DNA of 64,000 nucleotides from a phage: sequence record PZ402301.1; one strand, given 5' to 3'. Both the position numbers and the translations under genes were made by a program. This document shows positions 24,241-33,393 of this stretch, in pieces. The notes under the pieces are model-generated. The model did no database searches. It had not been told where the DNA came from and saw only the letters and a program-made list of their open reading frames with translations. The stretch's first letter is position 1, and every line of letters starts with the position of its first letter.

Positions 24241-25205
24241 TGTATTCTTTAGAGGAATTTAATAATCAAGCAATAAACGCAGATTTCCAACGTAATAATA
24301 TGTTTAGCTGCGTTTTTGCGACAACTCCATCAACTAAAAGCTCTTCGTTGATAAGTTCAATTAGCAACTTTTCTTATAATAACTTGGGTCTAAATTCAGA
24401 TTGGTTAGGATTGACTCAAGGCGATATTAATCAGGGAATTACCACGCTAATTACTGCTGGCACACAAAAACTGATAAGAAAATCAGGAGTTAGTAAATAT
24501 CTTATTGGTGCCATGAGTCAACGTACAGTTCAAAGTTTATTGGGCTCATTTACAGTTGGTACATATTTAATTGACTTCTTTAATATGGCATATAACTCAT
24601 CTGGATTGATGATATATTCTGTAAAAATGCCAGAGAATAGATTATCCTATGAAACTGACTGGAACTATAATTCTCCTAATATTCGTATAACTGGGAGAGA
24701 ATTAGACCCTTTGGTTATTTCATTTAGAATGGATTCAGAAGCATGTAATTATCGTGCAATGCAAGACTGGGTTAACGCTGTTCAAGACCCAGTAACTGGA
24801 CTGCGCGCTTTGCCACAAGATGTCGAGGCAGACATCCAGGTTAATCTTCATGCTCGTAATGGATTACCTCATACTGCTGTGATGTTCACCGGATGCATTC
24901 CAGTGTCAGTGAGCGCTCCTGAGTTATCATATGATGGAGATAACCAAATAACTACATTTGATGTTACTTTTGCATATAGAGTCATGCAGGCTGGGTCGGT
25001 TGATAGACAAGCTGCGCTTGAGTGGCTTGAATCTGCTGCTATAAATGGCATCCAAAGCGTTCTCGGAAATAGTGGAGGTGTTACTGGACTATCTAATTCG
25101 CTTTCACGACTTAGTAGATTAGGAGGAACTGCGGGAAGCATTTCAAACATTAATACTATGACGGGAATTGTCAACTCGCAAAGTAAAATATTAGGAGCAA
25201 TATAA
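24240..25205 (+). CDS. 54: baseplate-tail tube initiator gp54
   Basis: 321 aa; start overlaps gene 48 stop. Confidence 0.9.
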   Translation: MYSLEEFNNQAINADFQRNNMFSCVFATTPSTKSSSLISSISNFSYNNLGLNSDWLGLTQGDINQGITTLITAGTQKLIRKSGVSKYLIGAMSQRTVQSLLGSFTVGTYLIDFFNMAYNSSGLMIYSVKMPENRLSYETDWNYNSPNIRITGRELDPLVISFRMDSEACNYRAMQDWVNAVQDPVTGLRALPQDVEADIQVNLHARNGLPHTAVMFTGCIPVSVSAPELSYDGDNQITTFDVTFAYRVMQAGSVDRQAALEWLESAAINGIQSVLGNSGGVTGLSNSLSRLSRLGGTAGSISNINTMTGIVNSQSKILGAI

Positions 25206-25209
25206 CAAT

Positions 25210-25227
25210 GGGGACCGAAAGGTCCCC
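25210..25227. terminator. GGGGACC-GAAA-GGUCCCC hairpin between convergent genes 54 and alt.-3
   Basis: 7-bp GC stem with GNRA loop 5 nt after gene 54 stop, followed on plus strand by TATTTTTATTTA. Confidence 0.6.
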
Positions 25228-25233
25228 ATATTT

Positions 25234-25524
25234 TTATTTACGGAATGAAATAAAAGCAGAAACTGAAGCAACTAAACTGTCTTCAATATAAACTTCAATT
25301 TTTACTGGAGCTTCTGACTCAAATTTACCTGTTACTACACCTTGGAAAATACTTTCAGTCTGTTCTGGCTTTGAAAAATTTTCAGAAGGAAAAATTCCGA
25401 ACTTTTTATCTGTTCCAAAAATTTTGATAAATTCATCATAAACTGCTTCATTAAAAGCATTATCAGCAGGAATAACGCCTTCAACTACAAGTTCTTGACC
25501 TAAAAAGCGTAAAGAAGATTTCAT
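25234..25524 (-). CDS. alt.-3: hypothetical protein (positional alt.-3)
   Basis: 96-aa ORF with ATG and GAGGA Shine-Dalgarno; directly downstream of predicted early promoter. Confidence 0.7.
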   Translation of the reverse strand: MKSSLRFLGQELVVEGVIPADNAFNEAVYDEFIKIFGTDKKFGIFPSENFSKPEQTESIFQGVVTGKFESEAPVKIEVYIEDSLVASVSAFISFRK

Positions 25525-25531
25525 TTTGTGT

Positions 25532-25585
25532 TCCTCATGTTATGTCAGTAAGATTATTATAACACAATACGAGGGACTTGTAAAC
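25532..25585 (-). promoter_or_regulatory. early promoter cassette (copy A of 54-bp repeat): GTTTAC -35, 18-nt spacer, TATAAT -10, leader with GAGGA
   Basis: Minus strand reads GTTTACaagtccctcgtattgtgtTATAATaatcttactgacataacatGAGGaacacaaaATG; 51/54 identical to 41303-41356. Confidence 0.6.
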
Positions 25586-27642
25586 TACATCTTGAACTTT
25601 TTAGACATTCCGTTGATGTTAACCAAAGAAGCTAAGATTTGAGAAACTTCGTTTTCCTCTTCTTTTGATTCTTCTACAAGGAATTGATTAAACCCAGCCA
25701 TTGGACGAACTTCACCAGTTTCCATCAGATGATCGCCATCATATACCGATTCTTCTAATTGTTCAGAAGGAGGAACGATTGTACCTTCGATTAAATACTT
25801 GTTATAAGCAGTTTCTTTCATCATGTACGTGCTCACTTTATTAATCTTCAGCAAAATTCCACGTGGTAAAATAACTTCAGCTTCTGACGGAAATCCTGAT
25901 AAATGACCCGGAACGATAACTTTGATTCGCTCAGCTCCTTTAATTACCATACCTACGCTAGTTTCAGCATCTTCATTCGCATAAGCAGAATGACTGCCCA
26001 TATGCATCAAATCTTCTGCGTCAACTGAACCTTCTCCTTCACCAGAAAATACTGCACTGGAATCATCTAGAGCCATATAGTTTTTACCATACTCACCGAA
26101 GATATTTGGTTTAAGCGATGTGGATACGAAGTTCTTAAAATAGAACATTTTATTTTCAATATTATGACGTAAAGTTTTAAAGGTAACTTCTTGGCCACGG
26201 TAAAGCGTAGTTCCTGGAGGAAGAACTGATCCTTTGGCAAAAGCAGAATCCATCGTCTCGATGTGTTTAATAGCTCGTTCCATATATTCTTCACGAGTAG
26301 AATCTGGTTTACCCAAGAGGAACGAGTTCATTTCAACATATGAATCTGCACAATAATCTTCAATTACATCAGACTCAGCTTGAGTTAATCCTTTTGGAGT
26401 TACTTCAGTACTTGCATATTCATACGCTTGAGAAGCAGACTCATTAATCAATTTATAAACGCCATTCATGACAAATTGAACAATAGCTACCTTTTCATCT
26501 GGTGTGGCTTTAGAACCTTTAACTAAATCATTGACAATTTTCTTAATAACATCAAAGCTATTAGAAATATTAATGTCAGCAAGATCGCTTAAAATTTTAT
26601 CAGTTTTATAATCAAAAAATTCTTTATTCTTTAAATATTCTTGAGAACCTTGATATGTTATATCGCTCTGTAATTTAATAGATGGATCACGTAAACGCGC
26701 ATGGGCCAATGCAATATGATTTCGGAAGCTTTCTAGTTCATAATCACTAGATTTAAAACGAGAAGCACTCCTCATACCACCGATAGCTCCTTTGCTGAAG
26801 TTTGAACCAACCTGAATAACGCCGGAGTTCATTGGTCCTTCTGCTTTATATACCGGAACTTTAGATTCAAACTCTTGATATTTCTTAGCAGCGAAGCTAT
26901 CACCCTGAAGTGAAGCATCGACAGTAGAGTATTGAGCTTGTGCTGCTAATCGACGACTAATTTTAGTTTTCTGAATAACAGCTTGATCCGTACGCTTATC
27001 ATTTTCTAGAGCAATAGAAGCGGCAACAGCAACAGCTTTAGGAACAGCATTGCCTGTTTTAACATCTACATAAACATCACCAACCTTTGATTCAACCTTT
27101 GTGAATAACTCAGTTGAAATAGGAGGTACACCTGGAATGTCTTCTAAATTGGCATTTTTACGGTAAACCATAATATATGCATACTTTTTATCATAGTCCC
27201 AGATTTCCTTTAAAAGAACATATCGACCTGCTCCTTTAGTACGTACTAAACGGTCAGCAATAACTTGCATTTGACGAGTTGCACCGTTTGTTTTACTCTT
27301 TAGTACGCGGAATAGGCATGCGTCAATTTTATACTGTTTCATTGTTTGAAGAGCAGTATCAAAAACCGCATTAATGACACCAATTGGATTTCCACCCAAG
27401 TTTTTAAGTTTAACTAATGATAGTTTCTCATTAACACCTATCATTACAATATGCATCATTTTATCGCCTGGCTTAACGTTTTTATTTGTATCACCGCCAG
27501 AGGTGTATGTACAAAATCTAAATCCAGGAAGCACACTTTCTTCACCGGCTTGAATAGCAAAAATTTGAGGGATTTTATGCTTAGGATTTAAATTAACAAC
27601 CGGCGCCGAAGCGCCGTCAAATAATTCTGTAATAAGTTCCAT
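25585..27642 (-). CDS. Alt-like ADP-ribosyltransferase paralog (685 aa)
   Basis: Starts MELITELFD like Alt; N-terminal half closely similar to the adjacent 698-aa gene; C-terminal half has ART-like motifs (LYRGQ, FVSTSL, EAEVILPRG) but diverges. Confidence 0.85.
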   Translation of the reverse strand: MELITELFDGASAPVVNLNPKHKIPQIFAIQAGEESVLPGFRFCTYTSGGDTNKNVKPGDKMMHIVMIGVNEKLSLVKLKNLGGNPIGVINAVFDTALQTMKQYKIDACLFRVLKSKTNGATRQMQVIADRLVRTKGAGRYVLLKEIWDYDKKYAYIMVYRKNANLEDIPGVPPISTELFTKVESKVGDVYVDVKTGNAVPKAVAVAASIALENDKRTDQAVIQKTKISRRLAAQAQYSTVDASLQGDSFAAKKYQEFESKVPVYKAEGPMNSGVIQVGSNFSKGAIGGMRSASRFKSSDYELESFRNHIALAHARLRDPSIKLQSDITYQGSQEYLKNKEFFDYKTDKILSDLADINISNSFDVIKKIVNDLVKGSKATPDEKVAIVQFVMNGVYKLINESASQAYEYASTEVTPKGLTQAESDVIEDYCADSYVEMNSFLLGKPDSTREEYMERAIKHIETMDSAFAKGSVLPPGTTLYRGQEVTFKTLRHNIENKMFYFKNFVSTSLKPNIFGEYGKNYMALDDSSAVFSGEGEGSVDAEDLMHMGSHSAYANEDAETSVGMVIKGAERIKVIVPGHLSGFPSEAEVILPRGILLKINKVSTYMMKETAYNKYLIEGTIVPPSEQLEESVYDGDHLMETGEVRPMAGFNQFLVEESKEEENEVSQILASLVNINGMSKKFKM

Positions 27643-27645
27643 GAT

Positions 27646-29742
27646 TTATCCTTGAACGAACTTGTAAGGCATGTTTGTAATATCTATGCAAGACGCAATA
27701 ATTCCAAGAGATGATTCTACTTTCTGTTTAACATTTGATGAAACAAATGATGCAAAGTCAACTCTGTCTTCTATTTCAATATCACCTGTCATTGCAACTA
27801 CTTCACCAGTTTCCATTAGACGGTCACCGTCATAAATGACTGATTCGGTGAGTTCTTCCGTGGTCATAACTTCAGCTTGAATGAGTTTTGTATTATTAGA
27901 TGTTGTTCCGTCATTATTAGAAGCATCAGTTATTTTATTAACTTTGACCATCAATCCGCGTGGTAGAATAACTTCAGCTTCTGTTGCTATTCCGAGATTT
28001 CCTGGATATACAACATTAACTTTATGAGCTCCATCAATTGCCCATCCTATTTGAACTTTAACGTATTCAGGATTTTCTTTATACGCTCTTATTTCGTTTG
28101 GATTAATAGTTATTCCTTCTTCATTTTTATCAACTGTCAATTCATTACGAGCTTCTGGTTCTAAAAGACCAATACCAGCATGTGTAATTCCAAAACGTCC
28201 AAAAATGATAGGAGTTAAAGAAGTAGATACAAAATTTCTGAAATAGAACACTTTATTTTTAACTAGCGCTTCGTATATAGGAGCAGTCATACTTTGAGCA
28301 CGATAAACTGTAATGCCTTCTGGTATACGGTCACCGTTTTCAAAAGCTGAATCTAAGTTATTTATAGCAGATTCAATTTCTTTTTCACTCATTACATCAT
28401 ATCGTTCTGGATTGTAGCGTCCTAAAAGAAGATTATTGATGTCAGTATATCCTGAACCACAATATTCTCTAATGCCGCGCTTTTGCGATGGAGTATATTT
28501 AGAACCATCACGTGCAATGGTAATATCAATCATTGGACCTGCACCAATTCCAGAAAAGCTATAAATCATTCGTTTGAGGAATTTAGTTTTTGCTGCGTTC
28601 CAGGAATTTTTAGTTATTTCTTCCCAGACTTCATCTGGCTGTCCTTTACGGGTTTTATTATGTTTATCAAGCCAAGTATCTTTATATTCTTCAAAGAATT
28701 TATTAATAGCTGCTGCATACTTCTCTAAACATTTTATTGAAGTAGTTGGTTCATTTTTGATCGCATTAAGAATTACATCTTTAATTTTTTCAGAAACTTC
28801 ATTAACCTCACTTTTTGAAAAGAATTTATAGTCATAGTGAAGTTCATCTGCAGTCCCTTCAGCAATAATTTTTGCTGCCTTAGTTTTAGAAGCTAATGAA
28901 TTAATTCCAAGCTTCATTTCTTCTGCTTCGGGAATTAAAGGAGCTGTAGCAGGTTTATTGAAATTAGCTGCGGTAGATTCATATTTCTGGAATAATTCAC
29001 TTTCAAATCTAGAAGATTCCAATGACTGACTTTGTGCAATTGCTCTACGGGAAATTTTAACTTTAACGATTACAGCTTGGTCAGTGCGTTTATCATTTTC
29101 TTGTGCAATAGATGCTGCAATTGCCTCATTTTTAGTTACTTGAGCTCCAGTATCTTTATTGATATAAACATCGCCGACTTTCGATTCAACTTTAGTAAAG
29201 AGCTCGGTACTAATTTCCGGAACTCCTGGAATGTCTTCTAGTGATACATTTTTGCGATGTATAAGAATATATGCGTACTTTTTATCGTAATCCCAGAGTT
29301 CCTTAAGAAGGACGTATCTGCCACCTGAACGACTGCGGATAAGTCTATCAGCAATAAGTTGAATTTGTCGAGCTTGGCCAGCAGTTTTAGACTTAAGAAT
29401 ACGGAGCATACAGGCATCAATTTTATACTGACGCATCGTCTGCATTGCAACAGTAAAAACTGAATTGATATAATTAATTGGGCTTGGACCGAGACCTTTT
29501 AATTTAGCAATTGAACCTTTAGCAGTTAATGTAAAAGGAACAATATGCATCATTTTATCGCCCATCTTTAAATCGCGATTAGTATCACCTCCAGATGTAT
29601 AGGTACATAAACGAAAGCCTGGTTGTTCAATTGCGTCATCAACATGAACTGAAAAAATTTGCGGTATTTTCTTCTTTGGATTTAAGTTTGTAATCGGAAG
29701 AGTAGTATCTTCGTCAAATAATTCTGTAATGAGTTCCATCAT
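27646..29742 (-). CDS. alt: Alt ADP-ribosyltransferase, packaged internal head protein
   Basis: 698 aa; N-terminus MMELITELFDEDTTLPITNL matches my recall of T4 Alt (true start may be the second ATG at 29739); ART motifs VYRAQ, FVSTSL, EAEVILPRG. Confidence 0.88.
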   Translation of the reverse strand: MMELITELFDEDTTLPITNLNPKKKIPQIFSVHVDDAIEQPGFRLCTYTSGGDTNRDLKMGDKMMHIVPFTLTAKGSIAKLKGLGPSPINYINSVFTVAMQTMRQYKIDACMLRILKSKTAGQARQIQLIADRLIRSRSGGRYVLLKELWDYDKKYAYILIHRKNVSLEDIPGVPEISTELFTKVESKVGDVYINKDTGAQVTKNEAIAASIAQENDKRTDQAVIVKVKISRRAIAQSQSLESSRFESELFQKYESTAANFNKPATAPLIPEAEEMKLGINSLASKTKAAKIIAEGTADELHYDYKFFSKSEVNEVSEKIKDVILNAIKNEPTTSIKCLEKYAAAINKFFEEYKDTWLDKHNKTRKGQPDEVWEEITKNSWNAAKTKFLKRMIYSFSGIGAGPMIDITIARDGSKYTPSQKRGIREYCGSGYTDINNLLLGRYNPERYDVMSEKEIESAINNLDSAFENGDRIPEGITVYRAQSMTAPIYEALVKNKVFYFRNFVSTSLTPIIFGRFGITHAGIGLLEPEARNELTVDKNEEGITINPNEIRAYKENPEYVKVQIGWAIDGAHKVNVVYPGNLGIATEAEVILPRGLMVKVNKITDASNNDGTTSNNTKLIQAEVMTTEELTESVIYDGDRLMETGEVVAMTGDIEIEDRVDFASFVSSNVKQKVESSLGIIASCIDITNMPYKFVQG

Positions 29743-29762
29743 ATCCTCTCTAGTGTTTATTC

Positions 29763-29770
29763 TATTTATA
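29763..29770 (-). promoter_or_regulatory. late promoter box TATAAATA (minus strand) upstream of alt
   Basis: Plus-strand TATTTATA = minus TATAAATA, 21 nt upstream of alt ATG; consistent with Alt being a late virion protein. Confidence 0.5.
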
Positions 29771-29777
29771 AAATTAA

Positions 29778-29791
29778 AGGCCCGAAGGCCT
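29778..29791 (-). other. AGGCC-UUCG-GGCCU hairpin at 3' end of small ORF upstream of alt
   Basis: 5-bp stem, C(UUCG)G tetraloop on the minus transcript, overlaps stop of 29792-29980 ORF. Confidence 0.4.
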
Positions 29792-29980
29792 TTAGTAATC
29801 TAGTGGTAAGAGAGTACGATATATTTCAAACTTTGGTCCTTTTTCATAGGCATCAAATGTTTCTGTAAATTTATTATAAGCATATGCATCTACAAATTCG
29901 AGAATGACTTGTGATACAGAAGTAGAAACATCTCCACCTTCTTTTTGAGCAATGACAATTGTTTCTAAGTAAGCTTTCAT
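29792..29980 (-). CDS. hypothetical small protein between gene 30 and alt
   Basis: 62-aa ORF whose ATG overlaps the gene 30 stop (ATGA), suggesting translational coupling. Confidence 0.6.
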   Translation of the reverse strand: MKAYLETIVIAQKEGGDVSTSVSQVILEFVDAYAYNKFTETFDAYEKGPKFEIYRTLLPLDY

Positions 29981-31440
29981 AGACCAGTTACCTCATGAAA
30001 ATCACCAAATACATCCTCGAATGTATTAGCTTTAGTTTTATCTTCACGTAAACGAATCGCAATTGGAAGAAATAATTTAACGTAATCAGTGCGGCCATCA
30101 GATTTTAACCAACCGTTGCATTCGCACTCTAGAATTTTTCCAATATAATAATTTTGGTTTTCCATAATGCGAGTACGGTCAAGTTCATGCGATTTTACAC
30201 CGGCTTTATCTTTTAAGCCTGAACCAGCATTTACTTTAATTTTTCCACACTCTGATTCAAGAATAAATCCACCCGCTTTAGTAGGGTCTTTACGGTGAGG
30301 ATAAATTCCTACAATTTTTAAATCAACATCAATTACTTCTTTAAATTTATAGAGATTTTTTGAACGAGCATTTTCCCACAATCCATCGGTATTTTTGAGA
30401 ATAATACCTTCAAGACCTTGGTCAATATACTTTTTATAAATTACCTTAGCTTCATCTAGGTTATTTACTACTTGGTTTTCAATTAAAATTACTTTATCAT
30501 ATCCTGATGTCATTTGTTCTAGTTTAGAAAAACGTACATCATATTTTAAACGAAACGCCGGAAGACCGTATATTTCTACCAACGGGACATAATCCCAGAC
30601 CTGAAACTTCATGCATTTGGCTTCTTTTTCTGAAATAGTTCCCTTTAAAGATTTATTAGCGATTCCATTAGAAGCAGTACGAGATTCAGCTACTTCGGCG
30701 AATTCTTTAGCTTTACTAATTTCAGGATAAGCATCAAAAAGAAAATCTAGGCCTTCTGGCTCCTTTTCAACTTGCTCATGGTATACCAATTCGCCATCAA
30801 TTAACACACCTTCTGGATGAATCTGGCGGGCTTCAGCAGTCATTTTGATTAACTCTTCCTTAAGAAGATCTAATCCTAGATATTCATTACCAGCTCGTGA
30901 TAAAAGACGAACATCATCTAATTCATCGCCTCGGACTTCAGCAAAACACCGAGCTCCATCAGCTTTTAACTGCGCAAAGGCTGGAAACTTGATATTCTTA
31001 CTAATGCCTTTTTCATCATAAGAACTTGCCAGCATTTGAGGTTGTTCAGGAATTAAACCTGGCCAAACTTTGTTTGCAATAGATACTGAAGCACCGCATT
31101 CAAGGTCTCGCATCATAACTCGACGCAAAACTTCAACATCATCCTTTTTACCATCGGTGATATATCCAGTTAATTCCTCAATTGCTGCATTGCCAGTTAA
31201 TTTCCGAGTAGCTAACGTGAATTCAATGAAGTCAAGCATATCGGTAATAGTCAACATTCCAAAACTCTGGGTAGCAATACCAGGTTTAGGCCATTTCTTG
31301 ATATAATACTGTAACCCACGAGAATAAGTCAGACGATATACTCGTTTAAGCAATTCATTATCTTTATTCTTTTCAAGAATTGCTTGCTTCTGCTTAGTTG
31401 AACCAATAGATGCTATTTCATTCAGAATTTTAAGAATCAT
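29977..31440 (-). CDS. 30: ATP-dependent DNA ligase gp30
   Basis: 487 aa; near-identical to T4 DNA ligase as I recall it (MILKILNEIASIGSTKQKQAILEKNKDNELLKRVYRLTY...; adenylation lysine motif KADGAR). Confidence 0.97.
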   Translation of the reverse strand: MILKILNEIASIGSTKQKQAILEKNKDNELLKRVYRLTYSRGLQYYIKKWPKPGIATQSFGMLTITDMLDFIEFTLATRKLTGNAAIEELTGYITDGKKDDVEVLRRVMMRDLECGASVSIANKVWPGLIPEQPQMLASSYDEKGISKNIKFPAFAQLKADGARCFAEVRGDELDDVRLLSRAGNEYLGLDLLKEELIKMTAEARQIHPEGVLIDGELVYHEQVEKEPEGLDFLFDAYPEISKAKEFAEVAESRTASNGIANKSLKGTISEKEAKCMKFQVWDYVPLVEIYGLPAFRLKYDVRFSKLEQMTSGYDKVILIENQVVNNLDEAKVIYKKYIDQGLEGIILKNTDGLWENARSKNLYKFKEVIDVDLKIVGIYPHRKDPTKAGGFILESECGKIKVNAGSGLKDKAGVKSHELDRTRIMENQNYYIGKILECECNGWLKSDGRTDYVKLFLPIAIRLREDKTKANTFEDVFGDFHEVTGL

Positions 31441-31706
31441 TACTCATCCTTCAAGGTTTGGTTTACAGCTCTATTATAAATCAATTCATCATTAAGCTCA
31501 GGCAAAGACTTATGATATGTAGTTCTAACTTTATTTCCTTGCATCCAGTGCTTGACGTAAATGAAACCTTGCTCTACACATTTTTTAAAAATTCGTTCGT
31601 CTTTTTGAGCTCGGAATTCTGGATTGCATCTAAAAAATTGATTTACGTGACCGTAATCACGTGTAGTATTACCTTCATTTTCATAAATAGTGTGAACAAC
31701 AAACAT
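31440..31706 (-). CDS. 30.1: hypothetical protein (positional 30.1)
   Basis: 88-aa ORF, ATG verified, abuts gene 30. Confidence 0.65.
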   Translation of the reverse strand: MFVVHTIYENEGNTTRDYGHVNQFFRCNPEFRAQKDERIFKKCVEQGFIYVKHWMQGNKVRTTYHKSLPELNDELIYNRAVNQTLKDE

Positions 31707-32545
31707 TAGAATGCTCCTTGGAAAATATTATCACCACAAGTAGGTCTATTATACAAATACTCTATGCCACCAGGTTTAATATAGTTCCATGTCTGAAACG
31801 GATGTGTCTGATATGGATGATATAGATGATTATAAGGATTAAATCCAGGCGTTCTCCAGGTAGTGTTCCAAGGAAAAGAATCGTTTTTAACCATCTTCTC
31901 AATTAAATCTTTTATAGCTTTTTCACTATCAAAACTTTCTTTATTTTCCTTCGGCGAAAAAAGCTTATTTTCTACATCATTCCATGTATAAACTCGCTGA
32001 GCGGTTTTTGGAATATTGTCACGCTCTCCTCGCGCCATCCAATAAACAGGAACATTTAATATTTCACTCGCATGATCGCAATGGTGAGCGAGATCGTCAA
32101 TGTAACAAATTACGTTATATTTCTCTTTTGCCTTTTTGAACAACTCTTCTTTTGAAGAATCATGACCACACATCATTACTTCTGAGAAGGCACCAGGAAA
32201 AAGAGCATTCAAATTAAATTGACGATTCAACAGAGCGTCAATAGAATCACCTAATGCTGTAACAGCTACAAAATTATAATCTTCTTTTAATTTGTTAATT
32301 ACACACAGGGCATCTTTATACGGAGACAAATAACGAATAAAATCTGAACGATTGTATTTTTCAATTAACTTGACGCCAAGTTCTTCGTCACAATTAAAGA
32401 GTTTACCCGGAGAAATAAATTTCTCATCTTGGATCATTTTTAAAATATGTTCTAATGGAAGATTATATTTCTGAGCAAAATAAGGAAGGCCTGATTGCCA
32501 GCTTAAACATACACCATCAATATCAGTCAAAATAGTTGGCTTCAT
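31706..32545 (-). CDS. 30.2: HAD-like phosphatase/nucleotidase-type protein (positional 30.2)
   Basis: 279 aa; N-terminal ILTDIDGV resembles HAD motif I (DxDG); functional call is inference. Confidence 0.6.
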   Translation of the reverse strand: MKPTILTDIDGVCLSWQSGLPYFAQKYNLPLEHILKMIQDEKFISPGKLFNCDEELGVKLIEKYNRSDFIRYLSPYKDALCVINKLKEDYNFVAVTALGDSIDALLNRQFNLNALFPGAFSEVMMCGHDSSKEELFKKAKEKYNVICYIDDLAHHCDHASEILNVPVYWMARGERDNIPKTAQRVYTWNDVENKLFSPKENKESFDSEKAIKDLIEKMVKNDSFPWNTTWRTPGFNPYNHLYHPYQTHPFQTWNYIKPGGIEYLYNRPTCGDNIFQGAF

Positions 32546-33006
32546 AGAGAGTCTCTTAATAGGTTTAACACATCAATAAATTCAGCTTCGGTTAGTATTG
32601 TATCATCTTTTGTTAGACCACTAGCCATGCTGTGCTTCAAAACTTTTCCTTTCGAGGCTTGTAATGCATCACGAAAGCCCTTGTTTTGGATCGCTGCTTC
32701 AAAATATGCATTTGTGTATAAATCTTTCCACGCTGAGGAGTATCTTGAAAATGGAACTCCGAGCCAGAAGAGGGTCCCACGGTCCTGAGCTCTTGCATAA
32801 GACCTTCCAGCTTGTTGGGCGGCAAGCCCGGATAACCCAAATATACGTCTTTGTTGTTCAACATTTTTCACCTTACACCCTTGGAGGAATCCTTCGAGAC
32901 CTCCAAATTGAATACCATCCATAACGAAAGGCCATTGGGCGAAATTACTTAATGCACATGATGGCCATCTAAAATTGCTTCTTATCTCTAGCTCAGACAT
33001 TTTCAA
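32542..33006 (-). CDS. 30.3: NADAR/YbiA-like (DUF1768) domain protein (positional 30.3)
   Basis: 154 aa; segment ALSNFAQWPFVMDGIQFGGLEGFLQ parallels the YbiA/NADAR core FSNFAAWP..DG....E.YFQ as I recall it. Confidence 0.6.
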   Translation of the reverse strand: MKMSELEIRSNFRWPSCALSNFAQWPFVMDGIQFGGLEGFLQGCKVKNVEQQRRIFGLSGLAAQQAGRSYARAQDRGTLFWLGVPFSRYSSAWKDLYTNAYFEAAIQNKGFRDALQASKGKVLKHSMASGLTKDDTILTEAEFIDVLNLLRDSL

Positions 33007-33199
33007 TACTTATAATTTCAACATCAGCCCAATGACCATAGCAAGGAAGACGAAATTCAACTGGCCAGTTAGGGTCCTTTTCTAATATAATAGACTTAAC
33101 TTGTGGTTCTTCATGTTCATCGGTATACGGACCTTTATACGTTACTTTATATGTGACCTTAATGTACTGAATTCCAAAAATCTTATTAATTATATTCAT
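32993..33199 (-). CDS. 30.3': hypothetical small protein (positional 30.3')
   Basis: 68-aa ORF overlapping 30.3 start by 14 nt. Confidence 0.55.
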   Translation of the reverse strand: MNIINKIFGIQYIKVTYKVTYKGPYTDEHEEPQVKSIILEKDPNWPVEFRLPCYGHWADVEIISIENV

Positions 33200-33393
33200 A
33201 CTAATTCCTTTAATCCATAGATAGGAGATAATTCATCACCCATACGAAGGTCTTCATTTCCATCTACCCAGGAAACAATATAAGCCTCTTTTATTTGAAT
33301 ACCACTCCATTTAAATGGAGGTAGAACCTTAGAAATTAATCCAGGTATACCGACTCCCTTTAATTCAACAGTTTGACCCAAAAAGAATTTCAT
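33196..33393 (-). CDS. 30.4: hypothetical small protein (positional 30.4)
   Basis: 65-aa ORF, 4-nt overlap junctions on both sides. Confidence 0.55.
   Translation of the reverse strand: MKFFLGQTVELKGVGIPGLISKVLPPFKWSGIQIKEAYIVSWVDGNEDLRMGDELSPIYGLKELV

Noticed and set aside
25524-25545. Mini-ORF (ATG AGG AAC ACA AAA TGA) in the leader of the repeated promoter cassette, stop overlapping the downstream ATG; same arrangement in copy B
   Set aside because: Its ATG has no Shine-Dalgarno of its own and the GAGGA inside it is correctly spaced for the downstream gene, so it is more likely coincidental than a leader peptide
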